DNA from: the human T2T-CHM13v2.0 reference genome, Homo sapiens
Strand: one strand, 5' to 3'
DNA length: 64,000 nt
Assembly (NCBI RefSeq): GCF_009914755.1
Contig: NC_060926.1
Made by a program: the position numbers and the translations under genes. The notes beneath the pieces are model-generated. The model was not told where the DNA came from and did no database searches. It saw only the letters and a program-made list of their open reading frames with translations. Positions 1 to 15,851 of this stretch are shown piece after piece; positions within the stretch are counted from its first letter, which is position 1, and the number at the start of each line of letters is the position of its first letter.

Positions 1-3000
1 GGTTTTGAGTTTTAGATTTTGATTTGTGGCAGCCTTGTGGAAAAAAAGATGGGTACAGGAGCAAGCCTGGAGGAAGGGACACCTTGCAGATGATTGTCAG
101 AATTAGAATCTAGAAAAGACTATGTTTTGAAGCATTTAGATTAAGGAGGGGAGAGCGATTAAGCAGGGAAAGTGAAGAATGGCTATGATCTATTTCAAAG
201 GCAGAATTGCTGAAATCAAGGAATTATTTTAAAGTAATATATTTTATTTAGTAAGAGCTCCTTTAGAAACTGCCCTTTATAATGTTTCTTATGGCAGAAA
301 TATGAAAGTGTTTGTTTAGTTTATTGACACAAATAGTTTGTATTTTGACCTTTGTTGTGCTAGTGGTTCCCTGTGTTTTCCAGGGAACAAAGAAAAGCAA
401 CTCATAGGTCTTCATCCTAGAAGATCTGCACGGTGACTTTTAAAGACTAGTAGGTAAAAGCCATCTTGTGTACTTTTGAAGAGTATTCAAGGTGTGGTAT
501 TTTACGATCCAACTAGGCAGCTGAACCAATATGCAGATCTTGGTTTTTTAACTATAAAACAAGTCTTTCTCCCTAGGCCATGTCTTGAATTTGTTTTTTA
601 AGCTCACCACACCCAGCTTTTCCCCATATTTAGTTTTAAACAAAAATCTCACCATATTTCTGTAATTAATCTGTACAATATTGCTACTGTTTTCAGAGTA
701 ACTTTGGAAAGCCCCAACACTTTGGGCAATATCTGCAAAATGCAGTTAATTTAATGCTATCTACATTAAGGGAGATTTTAAACTTTAAAACAAGAGACTG
801 AATTAGCCAGTTTTATTGAGACTAGAGCAATTAACTTGTAATTTATGGTTGGCTCAAAAAGGTCACTCACTAGAAGTGGGTGTCTGGGTACTCCCCAAGT
901 CCTCAAGCTGACCTGGATTGGGCAATTTGAGCAAAGCAGAATGGTTTGGAAGAAGCATTCTCCAGCCAAGAGGACACTCATGTTATTGCCAATTAGACTT
1001 GGAAACTGGTTCAACTTGCTGGGTCAAAAACAGCTAGACAGCAGGAGTTTAAAAAATACAAAATGATCACTTGTGAAAATGCAGGTGGAATACAATAAAT
1101 GTCAGGTTAATTTAAGCCATCTTTGGAGAGTCAATACTCTTCTCACTTCCCAAAATCATTATTTAATTGAGCAATTTCTTTAGTTCAAACCAGACTGGTT
1201 GTTGAACAAACTGTCTTACAGACTAGGAAACCCAGTCGCTAGGAGATAAAATGTCTAGGATAAATTAGCATCATTCAGCAGTAGTGGGATTCAAACAGGC
1301 CCCAGTGGTTCTGCATATCATCACTTGGCTGTAGGCCTCTTAGACTATTTAATTCCATTAAACTAACATTTATTTAGTGCCTATTATGTAAAAGTTCTGT
1401 ACTCAGCACCCTGATAATGCCACAATGCTTTCCTAAGGGACTGGGCAATTTGGGGAAATGTCAAACAGTTTATAACAGGGTCCTCTATCTATTCATCTCC
1501 CCCAAAGCTGAACTGATTGGAAAAAGGAGGGAGGGTGTGGGTCACTGTGATCAGAGAACTTGATGGTTGTGACTCCGTTGTCCCATTCTCCCCCGTGGAA
1601 ATTTTCAAAAACTTGGGGTGGGGAGCCTAGTGAAGAAAGGGATTTGGTGGTTTGAAGGATTTTAAAAAATGAGATCTTAGCATCTATTATTTGATCCTAG
1701 ATCTATGACCTAATCCTAACAAGACATAATGCATTCGGGATTTAGTGGCCACTTTTATGGGTTGGCACATATTTCTTCTGCATCCCTATTCACCCAGCCA
1801 TTAATTTTATTTTAATATATACTTGTACTCTGGCATTTTCTCCTCTGAATATTTTATTTGTATTTTAAAATTTTTTAACCTCCCGATGATTGATGGGGAG
1901 GAGGGGAAGGACAAGACACGAAGCAGACAGATAAGCTGACAAAAATGACAAAAAAACCATTTTAATGTTTAAATCAGAACAGAAAGCTGTTTATGAGTTG
2001 TGATCTATTGTTTGGTACTGAAAAGTAACAGAGGCATAATTAAATCTTTTACCCGATGCTTTATCCAGAGAGATCTTTTCAGAAATTTGGGCAGTATTTA
2101 TCTTATAAAAGCAACCCTGTTTTTTTTTTTTTTATGGAAGTCATTTATATGACTTCTATGATTTATATGACTGGTCATTTATATGATTGTTTAGCTTAGT
2201 TTGGTTTTGAATTTTATTATAACCATGATATCTGGACCTAAGGTCCCAAATTGAACCTCTCAATATCCATGGCATTGCAAGCATGACTATGCATGCAGTG
2301 GGGAAAATAATATAATGTATTTGCATAGGTTTTTTTTTCCTTTTTAAAGCCCTTTCACATCTACTAGTACATGAAATTGTGCCACTTACTAAAATTCATT
2401 GTTAATTTCATTTTTCTAATGAATATTTGGCCACCATCCTGTAGACCAGGTTATAGATGCTTCACCTATTACCTGAGGGTTTTGTTTGTGTATTTGTTGA
2501 GCTAACTTTTTAACTAAAAATTTTAAGGTCAAAAAGTACATTTGGTGGTCTTTTTATTGGGAGCCCAGACTGTGAGAAACTCTTCTAGAGTCCTCTCTTA
2601 AAATCCAGATACTCTTTTGAAGGATTATGTAACTAAGTAATAGCTTAAAAGGTAATAGTTAATATCTTGGCATGTATTAGTTGGCAGTTGTTGAAAAGGA
2701 GAGGAATTTTAGGTGGTAAAGTAAATTACCTGGAAAGGGAGGATGCCTCTGGAGGAGGGGGAGCATTAACCACGACTACTAGGAACAAACTCCACCTCTC
2801 CAACTACAACTGTGACCTCATCTCTCACTAACCTTCCCCATAAAACTGCTTAGTCACCTCTGGTGGCAAATAAAATCTGTCTCTAGACTCTAAGTTATTT
2901 GGGGGGATGAACCCTTGTCCCTCACCATTGCTTTCCAGCCTGTCTTAGCATACAGTAGAGAATCAGGAAATATATGTAGAATAAATGAAAACTTTAATCC

Positions 3001-3149
3001 ATAATTTGATGCCTAGTTGTAATATTTAAGCTTCTCTCTTGTGCTATCTTTGTTTTCAAAAGGAATAATGCTGGAGCATCCCAGAAATCGAAATGTTTAT
3101 CTTTGTCTTAACCTCTAGAAAGGAATCCCATTTTTCTGTGGGATAATAA

Positions 3150-3285
3150 AAATAATAGACAACACTTACTGAATGCTTATTGTGTCCTGGGCACTGTCCC
3201 ATCATTTTATACAGTCCCTCACTACCAGCCCATTTTACAAATAAAGAAAACATGGCAGATAATTTAAGTCTACTTGCTTATAAGT
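3150..3285 (-). mobile_element. MIR fragment
   Basis: ACTTACTGAATGCTTATTGTGTCCTGGGCACTGT...CCCATTTTACAAATAAAGAAAAC resembles antisense MIR. Confidence 0.55.
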
Positions 3286-3567
3286 TTCCTCTCTTAGTGT
3301 TAAAAAAGACAAAGGTGCTGAATGGCGATGACAAAAAAAGTCCCTTCTATTTGTTTTTAATTAAACTTCATTGTAGACTCAACAAAAATTAAATGCAAAC
3401 AGAAAGAGAAAAAAAGAGGAATTCATCCCTCAGAAGCCCATCACAGTGCCTAAGTTTATCAATGCATAACAGTCTATTTAGTTCATTCCTACGTGGATGT
3501 TTATGTTGGAGCTACATTCACAGTTAAATACGTCGTATTGTGGAGGAGTTAAGATAGCGCAAAACTA

Positions 3568-3586
3568 TGTCCACCAGGTGGCACTC
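3568..3586 (+). promoter_or_regulatory. CTCF-like binding motif
   Basis: TGTCCACCAGGTGGCACTC closely matches the CTCF core CCACCAG(G/A)(G/T)GGC(A/G)C. Confidence 0.6.
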
Positions 3587-3789
3587 ATCCCTCTAGATGA
3601 GGGGCAGAAGTTGAGGGGGAAACACTTCTGATTGTGTTGTCAGCACCCTTGGCAAAAAGATTCAAGTACTGACCTTTAGTTTCCTGGGCCTACAGCTTTT
3701 TATCCAGGGTGAGTTGAGGAGCTGTCAGACACCCACAAGTGCATCCTGCCTATTTTGCTATAAAGGAGAGGAAGTTCTCAGCTGCATAG

Positions 3790-3965
3790 CAGTACGGTGT
3801 AGTTGATGGATGTAGGGTTCTGTTTCAAATCCAAATTCAAATACAGGTTTCTTCAAATCCTAGGCCTACCAGTCACTAGTTGTATGACTTGGGCAAGTTA
3901 CTTAACCTTTCTGTGCTCCAAGATCCTCATGTGTGAAATGGGGACAATCACTATACCTACTTCAT
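3790..3965 (+). mobile_element. MIR
   Basis: MIR core TATGACTTGGGCAAGTTACTTAACCTTTCTGTGC...CCTCATGTGTGAAATGGGG. Confidence 0.75.
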
Positions 3966-4123
3966 TTTCAATTGCCTGGTTTAACAGTCCTCTCTGCTCA
4001 CAGAGGGCCCAGATAAATGTTCTATGAAATGGAATTAATTATGTGACCCTTTAGTAGCTGGGCATTAAAATGCAATTAAAATTTTACTTGGCTCAGAATA
4101 TATGATCAAAGAGATGAACTTGA

Positions 4124-4463
<340 letters not shown>

Positions 4464-4559
4464 TAAAGTAAAGCTATGACTATTTACTAGATGTAAATTA
4501 CTCATAAGAGCAAGAAATATTGATTTAGCCTCTCCAGTGAGCCAGTTTAGTCACTTCTC

Positions 4560-6130
<1,571 letters not shown>

Positions 6131-6220
6131 TGATAAATGCTGAATATAGTTGGATTCATTCACTGACACATTTTTATTGTGTGTCTGCTCTGTGCCAGAT
6201 GCTCTGCTACATACTGGATT

Positions 6221-6586
6221 TGATATGGTTAGGCTTTGTGTCCCCACCCAAATCTCATCTTAAATTGCAATCCCCAGGTGTTGAGGGAGAGACCTGGAGG
6301 GAGGTGATTGGATTGTGGGAGTGGTTTCCCCCATGCTGTTCTCGTGATAGTGAGGGAGTTCTCATGAGACCTGATGGTTTTATAAATGGCAATTTCCCCT
6401 GGGCTTTTCACTCCTCTCTCTCCTGCTGCCTTGTGAAGAAGGTGCCTGCTTCCCCTTCCGCCATGACTGTAGGTTTCCTGAGGCTTACCCAGCCAGGTGG
6501 AACTGTGAGTCAATTAAACTTCTTTCCTTTATGAATTACCCAGTCTCGGGTAGTATCTTTTTAGCAATGTGAAAATGGATAATACA
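6221..6586 (+). mobile_element. Solo ERVL-MaLR LTR (THE1D-like)
   Basis: Starts TGATATGGTTAGGCTTTGTGTCCCCACCCAAATCTCATC and ends AATACA; 366 bp with TG...CA termini. Confidence 0.9.
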
Positions 6587-6919
6587 GCGTTCTTCTGGGT
6601 GGATGTCATAGAAACAATACTGGGACAAGGTAATTTCGGATATTAATGAGAGTGGTTTAAGTGATGGCCACAGGATCTTAGCTAGATAGAGAGAAAAGTG
6701 AAGGGATCAGGGACTGACGAGTATTAGACAATAGAGTGAGGAAGCTACTGGAGGTGTCAATAAACTTAAAGAACCAGAACTCCTGGAGTAATTGCTACAA
6801 CCATGGAATAGGAGGTTGTGTCCAGAGACTAAGATTTCTGAGTTCTTGATGTGAAATGTTGATGTGGCTCTAAGAATGGGTGGCTGAAATGAAGGAGAAA
6901 TGATGACGCGGCAACCAGT

Positions 6920-7428
6920 TATCTCTTAAAATGCAAGTCTGGATATGTCATGCTTACATATAAAACTTTCCAGTTGCTCTGTGGAAAAAGATTTTTTAAA
7001 TCCTTAACATGGTCTATAACGCCTGCTCATTCCTTCTGGCCTCGCCTCATGATGCTTCTTTCCAGTCACTGGTCTTTTCAAGGGCTGTTTTCTTGGCCTA
7101 AAATACTAACGCCCTCACCTAGCACAAAAGCTTTATCAAGTTAACCCCTACTCAACCTTCAGTCTTTAGGTATCAGCTTAATGTCACTGCCTCAAAAAGA
7201 GCCTCCTTTTCCCTCAGAGTGGCTCCATGAACTTTTCCTTCACAGCAATCGTTATAAGTTATTTGTGTTTGCGTGATTTTTAAAAAATTATTTTTGTGTT
7301 TCTCCCACAAATGTATAAGCCCCAGAAGAGTAGCAGTTATGTAGGTTTTGCTATTTGTTATTTTCCAACAACTAGCACTGTACCTAGCACATAGTAGGTG
7401 CCTAATAAATAATTGTTAAATGAATGGA
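6920..7428 (+). mobile_element. L2 3' end
   Basis: Ends GCACATAGTAGGTGCCTAATAAATAATTGTTAAATGAATG, the L2 terminus. Confidence 0.75.
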
Positions 7429-10039
7429 CAAATAAAGGGGTTAAGCAATTTGCCCAAAGTCATTAATTGAACCTACTAAAAGTAACATTAATATTTATAT
7501 TAATATTTATAAAATATATTCATTAAACTTTATGCTTCTGTGACATTTTTCATGTATGTCATAATGGGTGAAGGACACGAACAGATACAACAGGTAGTGA
7601 AGAAGACAAAAATTTAAAGAGATGGTGATAGAAAACAGGAAGGAACACATCTTGGAGGTTTGGAGGTTTGCTACGCCCTGAAGTCTCCCCTGGGGTTTCT
7701 GCCACGGAATGAGTGTTGTGCCAGAGCCAGATGGCCTCTTCCACAATTACAAGAGGCCTTATTCTATTCCGGTCTCTCCTTCTGCCTGACCATTGTGGAA
7801 ACTCTAACCACATGCAAGCCTGTACACAAGCAGTGAGTGCAGAGCAACCCCTGCACTTTCTGAGTATTGGCTGCCAGACTAAGTGAAGAGAAGGTCAGTT
7901 TCTCAGCAGGCCCGAGCCTGTCTCAAGTCTAGACCTGCCCATCTCTTCTGTGAGTATATTGAACATTCATTGGTATCAAGATGGCTTAACCTACTAGCTG
8001 AGGATTTTGTGTGTATTTTCTTGTAACCCTATGGCCTTTCTTCCATTTTGCAGCTAGACGATGGGCCATCCACTGGCTCAGAGAAAAAAAGAAGTGTTTC
8101 TCTGACTTGAGTTCAAATATATAAAGCCTACAGGGAACAAGGCATTCTCAGAAGTTAGTAGATTTGAGAGGATACGCAATGACGCAGGAACAAGATTTCC
8201 CACTGCAAAGGATCATTTGATGGGTCAAGAGTAGTAAGTGTCCCTGACTATCAGAGGGGAAATAAAAACCATGAGCTGCTGGTTTGTTTTGGCTGGGAGA
8301 CAACAGTAATCTCAGGAGGGAAGTAGAGATTGCTGCCCCTAGTTGCACAGAGAGCTTGAAGAGTCTTCAAGATGTCAGAATAGAAATGGCTATGGGGTGT
8401 GGCTATGGAGTTTGTCTAGATGCATGGGCCTGAGGCTGCCTCACAGAGTGCCCCCAGCCCAACTTGATGTGCATCTAGGGAATGATTCCTGTATGCTCAT
8501 GAAGAACACAGAATTGCTGAAGGCCCTTGGATAGCCCCTCAAACCCCACCCCAGGCCCAGTGACATGCTGGGGCCTCAGGAAGAACTTTGTCAGCAAGGA
8601 CAGTCACTGGACCAGAAGGAGCCCTTTGGATGGGTGCAAGGCCCATCCAAGCAGCAGTCTGAGTAGTTCAATCCCTGCAGGCCAATGGGACAACAGATCT
8701 CAGTAGATGCCAACTTGGATACCTGTCTATTTTTCCTAGCATCTTGATCCCCTCAAACTTAGGCCTGACACCATGGAAAAAGAGAGAGGGAGGTCTTTAA
8801 ATTGCCTAGGATTACATTTCTGCCACTCAGATGAATCTAAACCTGATATGAATTGTAGACATTCACTATTTTCTGTATTAAAGAAATGCACCTTTTTAAA
8901 ATTAGAAATGGACTCATATTTCTTGCCCACTTGAGTCTGTGGACAGAGATTCACATTCTACACACATATTGCTAGTTATTTTTTCCTGCATTCATGTCTG
9001 GTCTCCAGAGCTAGACTGCAAGATATTCAAGGCTCCAGAGTAGCCCTCTTTTCTTTCTACTAAGCACTTTGTACATAACAAGACACATTTTGAGAGAAAT
9101 CCTATGGAATAGGATGTGAATAATTGTTTTGTTTATACATTATTAACTAGAACATCAGTTCAAGGGTTTCTCAGCTCTGATTTCATTTATAAGTTGTACA
9201 GTTTTCCCCAAGTATTCATTTTTCACATTAAGAAATAAATATTGTCAAGCACCACCACAGGCAAGGTCTTACTTCTACCTCTTCCTGGGGATGTAGTCCT
9301 TGTCCTCAGGGAACTTGTTATTGGAGATGTAGACAAGTTGTAGCTGATTGCATTGAACATGCATTGAGTTTAGGACAACACCTAGGAGGTTTTGTTGCCT
9401 GTTTTGAAATACATGGATAATCTGATTGCAAAAGTGATAAATGTTTAATTGAGAACACTTGCAAAATATAGAAGTAAACAATTGTACCCATAAACTCAGA
9501 ACCTGTAAAATTAGAAATAATCAATGTTAACATTTTGGTGTATATCATTATATATGCCTCATAAAAGTGTATCATGATCTATTGGAATTTGTTATTTAAA
9601 GAAATCCCTGATATACTACAGTGAATGAGTGTGTGTGTGTCTGTGTGTGTGATTTTCATTTTCTCCTGAAAATGGGAAGATGTTATTATTAGAGTTTCAC
9701 TGACCAAGTGTATACCATGACCAAATATAGTACACAGGTGAAATAAACTTGAAAATGTATTGCAATTAAAAAAGGTTGAAATTCAGGTTTCTGGCAGCTG
9801 GGTAGGGAGGGAAACCAAATAAAATATATACTTGAATCTGATCCGTGATATATCCATGAAAATAGTTCTGTTGATTAACTCAAATGTCACATCCTCACTG
9901 ACGATCTCCTATAGTCCCTCAGGCAGAATTAGCCAGCTAGTCCTTCAGTGCTCCCAAATATTTGTGCTATCTGTATACAATAATATATTCATTATTTTAA
10001 TAAAATAATATATATTATTATTTATATGTAATATTTAAG

Positions 10040-10300
10040 GGAAGAAGAGTAGTGTTATGATTAAGAACATAGATTTTGGATTTAAACAGCTGAAGTCTAA
10101 TTCCAGCCCTGCCAGCCAGCTATGTGACCTTGGACAAATTATTTAGCCTTTCTGAACCCATTTCCTCATCTGTGAAACAGTAATAATAACACCTACTTTA
10201 TGGAGTTGCTGTGAGAGCAAAGTAGGACAGTATTTGTAAAGTGCTGACCCACCCCAAGACAGAAAGTCAATAAATAATAAGTGTAATTACTATTATTACA
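10040..10300 (+). mobile_element. MIR
   Basis: GCTATGTGACCTTGGACAAATTATTTAGCC...TTTCCTCATCTGTGAAA core. Confidence 0.8.
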
Positions 10301-10599
10301 GAACTTGCCATATTGCATTTCAATGACGGGTTTAGGAATGACTCCCTCTTTGGACTGTGAACACCTAGACAGCAGGCCCTGGATCCTGGCCTCTGTCTTT
10401 CCTAGCAGAGTAGCTCATAAACAGTAAGCAATCACAGGTGTTTGCTGGAAGATACAATAGCTATGGAAAGTGCCAGACCAAATGCTTCCCCCACCCCCAG
10501 AGTCTTGTATAATTACTGAGCTATCTAGAACAAATTCTAACAGCAAAATATTAATTCTTACAATCAACATTATAGAAGGTCATTTCTACTTTTAACACA

Positions 10600-10800
10600 A
10601 ACTAATATTTACTGAGCACTTAATATGTGCCAGGTTTTGTTCCAGGGCTTTACGTTTTATTTAAACTACTTTATGAAGTGGATATTGCATCTTCTTTAAC
10701 AGATTGGGATACTGAGGCCCAGAGAGGGTGCTGTGAACTCTGTGATTCCTGAGATTTTGTTAAGGTAAAGTCCTGGCTCTTTGTCCTTTCCTTTAACTAC
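10600..10800 (-). mobile_element. MIR
   Basis: ATTTACTGAGCACTTAATATGTGCCAGG...ACTGAGGCCCAGAGAGG. Confidence 0.7.
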
Positions 10801-12503
10801 CGAGGCAGGAGGTGAGGTAGAAAAGCAACCATATATTTTTTTTTTCTTTAGTAAAACATTTTGCAGAGCATCTCTCTTTTCTTTTCTGGAAAAACAAACA
10901 AAAGAAATTCTTGCTTCACTCATAATTTTACCCCTGCTGAGGGTTCCAAATGAGGTCCCTGGAAGGATTTCTCTCCTGCAGAGCCCTGTTCAAGGATGCA
11001 AATGAAGGTTACTGTACTCCACTGAGAGTCAGAACCATCCCAAGCAGTAACTATTTTTATTGAGAGGGATTTGAAATAGGCTTTTAATACAACATTAAAA
11101 ATACATAATTCAAATCTCATCTGTGTGCATGAAAACAATGAAATCACCTGTGAAACCATAACATTATCAATAAGCTAAATAAAATTGAGAGTAGAGGACA
11201 TTAAGAATTTAAAAACAAACTTGCTCTCAAAGAGAATATTTTATCCCATATGATCCATACTGCTATGTTCATGACATTTATCAATTATTGTCCATGTTGC
11301 CTACATGAGTGAAAGATATGTTTTTAAAATTAGAAAAGCCTTGGAATTACTTCAAGTAAGCTGATTGGAATCCTTCCAGATTCCACATGTGTTCCTATTG
11401 ACCAGAAGTCTTCTGCCTTGGGAAAGTATTTTTATTTCCCTCTGCCGTTCTAGATGTCCTACAAAGACCTGTATTAGGATGGGAAGCATTTTCTGAATCC
11501 CAAAGGAGTCCCCCCATTTGCCTGAAAGAGACAGCTAAACCATGTGTTGAGAGAGGCCATTCAAGAAGATGATGTCTCAGAATAATTTTTTCAAACATTC
11601 TATGCATACTTTCTTCATTCAGAGTAACAGTTGCCATATGATAGATAAAATGTGGTTCTAAAGCACATCATATCATTTTTCTTCTTCATACATCACAAAA
11701 GATGCAAAAAAATAAAAATGTCCCGTTTAAGAGAACAACTGCCTGGTACCTAGCCTATTTATTCTTTAAAATGTTTTCTTAAAGTTTACCTCCAGAATTA
11801 GACACAGAAACAGCAGAGGCCACTACACTGGCTTGAGATCAATTGCTACTCTTCTCTGGGAAAGTAAATTAATTAAAAGGAAGTGGGGAAAGACTAGGTC
11901 CTTGAAATATGAATTCTGCCTGATTTTCACTAACATTCCTGTAACAATAATAACCTAAAACACATTAAGTAGAAAAACTACTTCCATCTAGTGAAAGTAT
12001 CTTCTGATGTACTAATAAGAATTATATGTGAACTATATGGTAAATTTTTAGGCCAATTAATCATAAAGGTAGTTGGTGCCTGCTCAGGAGTGCTTTCTGT
12101 AGTAAAACAGGCAGCCCTTCCCTGGAAAAATACTTTGAGAAATACTAACATTGTGGAACTTTGTTCTGGAACTGAGAACAGGATTTCTCCGGCTGCAACT
12201 TTTGGAGGGAGATGATGTTTGAAGGGACGAAATGAGAAGTGGAGTGCACTAAGAATGGCAGGTAATGCCTTCATTACACGCAAATAGTAGGCACTCATTA
12301 GATGTTTGATGAATTACATGTTGGAGAATGTTACTAGCGTTGTGTTTAGAGCCATTAGGGATACTCCAGAAGTAATGAGAATCATTTAATTCCCTTAGCT
12401 GTGAGTTTATCACTTCTTTCCTTCATTCATTTCATAAGTATTTATTGATGCTTACCATGTGCCAGGGTCCATCCCTGGGGCTGAGAATACACTATGAACG
12501 TCA

Positions 12504-12856
<353 letters not shown>

Positions 12857-13738
12857 GGTAGAGAGGAGCAAAACAAAACAAAAAAGCACAATCATAAGCT
12901 AGTCAATAACCACAAGTAGTACAAATCTTCCTGGCTCTGGTCCTGTCTGCACTGAGATTAGGACCTGCACAATGTGAGAAGCAACAAAGAAGGCTTCTCT
13001 TGGGAGCTCTGCCCACCCTGTTCCCTGTCTTATGGGGCTGACCGGCCCAACCTTCAACATCTGAAGCACTCAGTTAAAAAATGAGATTTAGAAGAGGACC
13101 ACAGCACTGGGTGCGGGAGGGGGGGGGACCTGTCAGGATAATAAACACATGTTTTATGCTTCTGTTGAAAATACTCATTTAGGTGTATTAGGTTTTAGTT
13201 ATACTTGGCCATATCTGCTATCAGAATAATCAGACAATTTAAAGTGAATTGGTTTCCTTGAGAACAATGGATTTATGACTGGTTCTGTAGAACAGTGATG
13301 ATCATACAGTTCTCCTGACTTTCCTCTCTCCCCTCCTCCCCACCCTTTATCATCACTCTCCTCTGTTTTGCCTTATATAGTTTAGTGAAAAAACAAAGTC
13401 TGGAGTCGACATTTTCAATAAGCTTAGCCCATCTTATTCTCAGATATAGATAACTTCCACTTCATTTGTGGTTCTGTTAAAAGGGTGCCGTATTCCTCTA
13501 ATTTTCTATGTTAAAGTGTAATAATTTGCTTTTGATATATAAGGTTTCTTTACCATGCAGAAGGAGGAAGCTTAAGTTTGGCTGCATCTATTCCCTGTGG
13601 TCCTGGTTAGGCATGCCCTTTGGGTATTATATATGTATGTTGAGGGAAGTCCCCGAGCAAGGGATTGCTTGAAACACTCTGAAGAGGTTTAAAATTAATT
13701 TTAACATTGCACCACATATTGGAGGACATAGGACATAC

Positions 13739-13830
13739 TTTTTTTTTTTTTTTTTGAGACAGGATCTCACTCTTTCACCCAGGCTGGAGTGCAGTGGCAC
13801 CATCTCAGCTCACTGCAACCTCTGCCACCC
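13739..13830 (-). mobile_element. Alu 3' fragment (part of a local duplication)
   Basis: Poly(T) plus ~75 nt of the Alu right arm, then an abrupt stop. Confidence 0.9.
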
Positions 13831-14488
13831 CAAGATGATTAAAATCAGATGCCTAAAATCTGACTTTAGGCATTAGATTTTAAATGTCTGTGCTGTTGAA
13901 CTGGAATTCACACTTAGGATTCAGATGTTTGGATATTATTGCACAGCCTGTGTTGAACCTATTTTGCAAGTGGATCCATTGTTGCATGTGTGAACCATTG
14001 TTACCTCTCCTATTAACCGGTGTGACCAGATCCTGAAGAACATGGGTATGGGATGGAGCCAATCTGGCAGCACTTGGGGATGGCTTGCTTATTCCTTGTT
14101 ACTCCCCTGGGCAGGATCATGCAGAGTCGGATGATAGCAGAAAAGCCAGGCAGCTGTAGGAGAGCAATGCCAGGTGGCCCAGTTCCATGCCAGACAGGCG
14201 GAAGAAATGCTGTTGGAGCACACTAGGGTACAACTCCAGGCCACACAACGTAGGCGTGGCAGGCCGGAGAACACCAAGAGCAACAGACTTCTCAATTAGA
14301 AAGGAGGTGGCTCTTGTGAAAGAAATGTGTCTGTTTGTCTGTGAATTAATAATCAGGACAGAATGTCAGTTGTTACAATCAAAAGCTGTGGCTCAAATTA
14401 AAGAAAGGCCTTCACACAATGTAGAAAGAAGACTTTTGACACTTACTAAAGTGCATTGTTAACATGGCCCCTAGAATAAAATACCTCT

Positions 14489-15177
<689 letters not shown>

Positions 15178-15219
15178 TAACTGCATATTCCTGTCATTTT
15201 TTAAAATTCCAGCGTTCTG

Positions 15220-15646
15220 TGATATAGTAGTTATCTAATGATTGTCTGGATGGTTCTGTCTCAGGGTCTCTCATGAGCCTGCATTTGAGCCCTGGACTGG
15301 GGGTGCAGTCATTTGAATGTTTGTCTGAATGCTTCTGAGATGGCTCACTTAACACGGCTGCTGGCAGGAGGCCTCAGTTCCGTACCACATGAACGTCTCC
15401 AAGGGTTGCCTTAGTATCCTCACAACATGGCGTCTGGTTTTTCCCAGAACAAGTGATCCAAAGAGCCAGAAGCCACCATGTGTTTTATTACTAATCATGA
15501 AGACACACACACACACCACCACTTCTGTCATATTTTAGAAGTGAGTCATTAGGCTAGCCCACACTTAAGTGGTGGGTGGGAATTAGGTTCTATCTTTTGG
15601 AGGAAAAACTGTTGAAGAATTTGTGGACACATTTTAAAACCTCCAC
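15220..15646 (-). mobile_element. Old MaLR LTR (MLT1-type)
   Basis: GGAGGCCTCAGTTCC...CCTCACAACATGGCG...TTTTAAAACCTCCACA motifs typical of antisense MLT1. Confidence 0.7.
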
Positions 15647-15686
15647 ATATAGTATTCATCTAGGATGTCAGGAAATGTGGTATAGT

Positions 15687-15851
15687 CAAGACTGGGTACA
15701 AGAATTATGAGACCCAGAGCAAAATAAAAACGCAGGACCCCTCTTTAAGAGTTTCCAGACAGTGGTAACAGAGCATTAATCCAAGTGTGGGTCTTTTGAG
15801 GCATTGGGCCCCATGCTATGGCCCAGGTGCCACCCCAAGAAGCCAGCTCTA
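15687..15851 (-). mobile_element. MER45A-like hAT DNA transposon nested in a MIR
   Basis: Matches the reverse complement of MER45A (CAGAGCATTAATCCAAG...GGGCCC); 8 bp TSD GGTATAGT / GCTATAGT. MIR continues 15852-16100. Confidence 0.8.

Noticed and set aside
13644-13653. NF-kB-like GGGAAGTCCC
   Set aside because: A single degenerate 10-mer is expected by chance in 64 kb; no supporting cluster.
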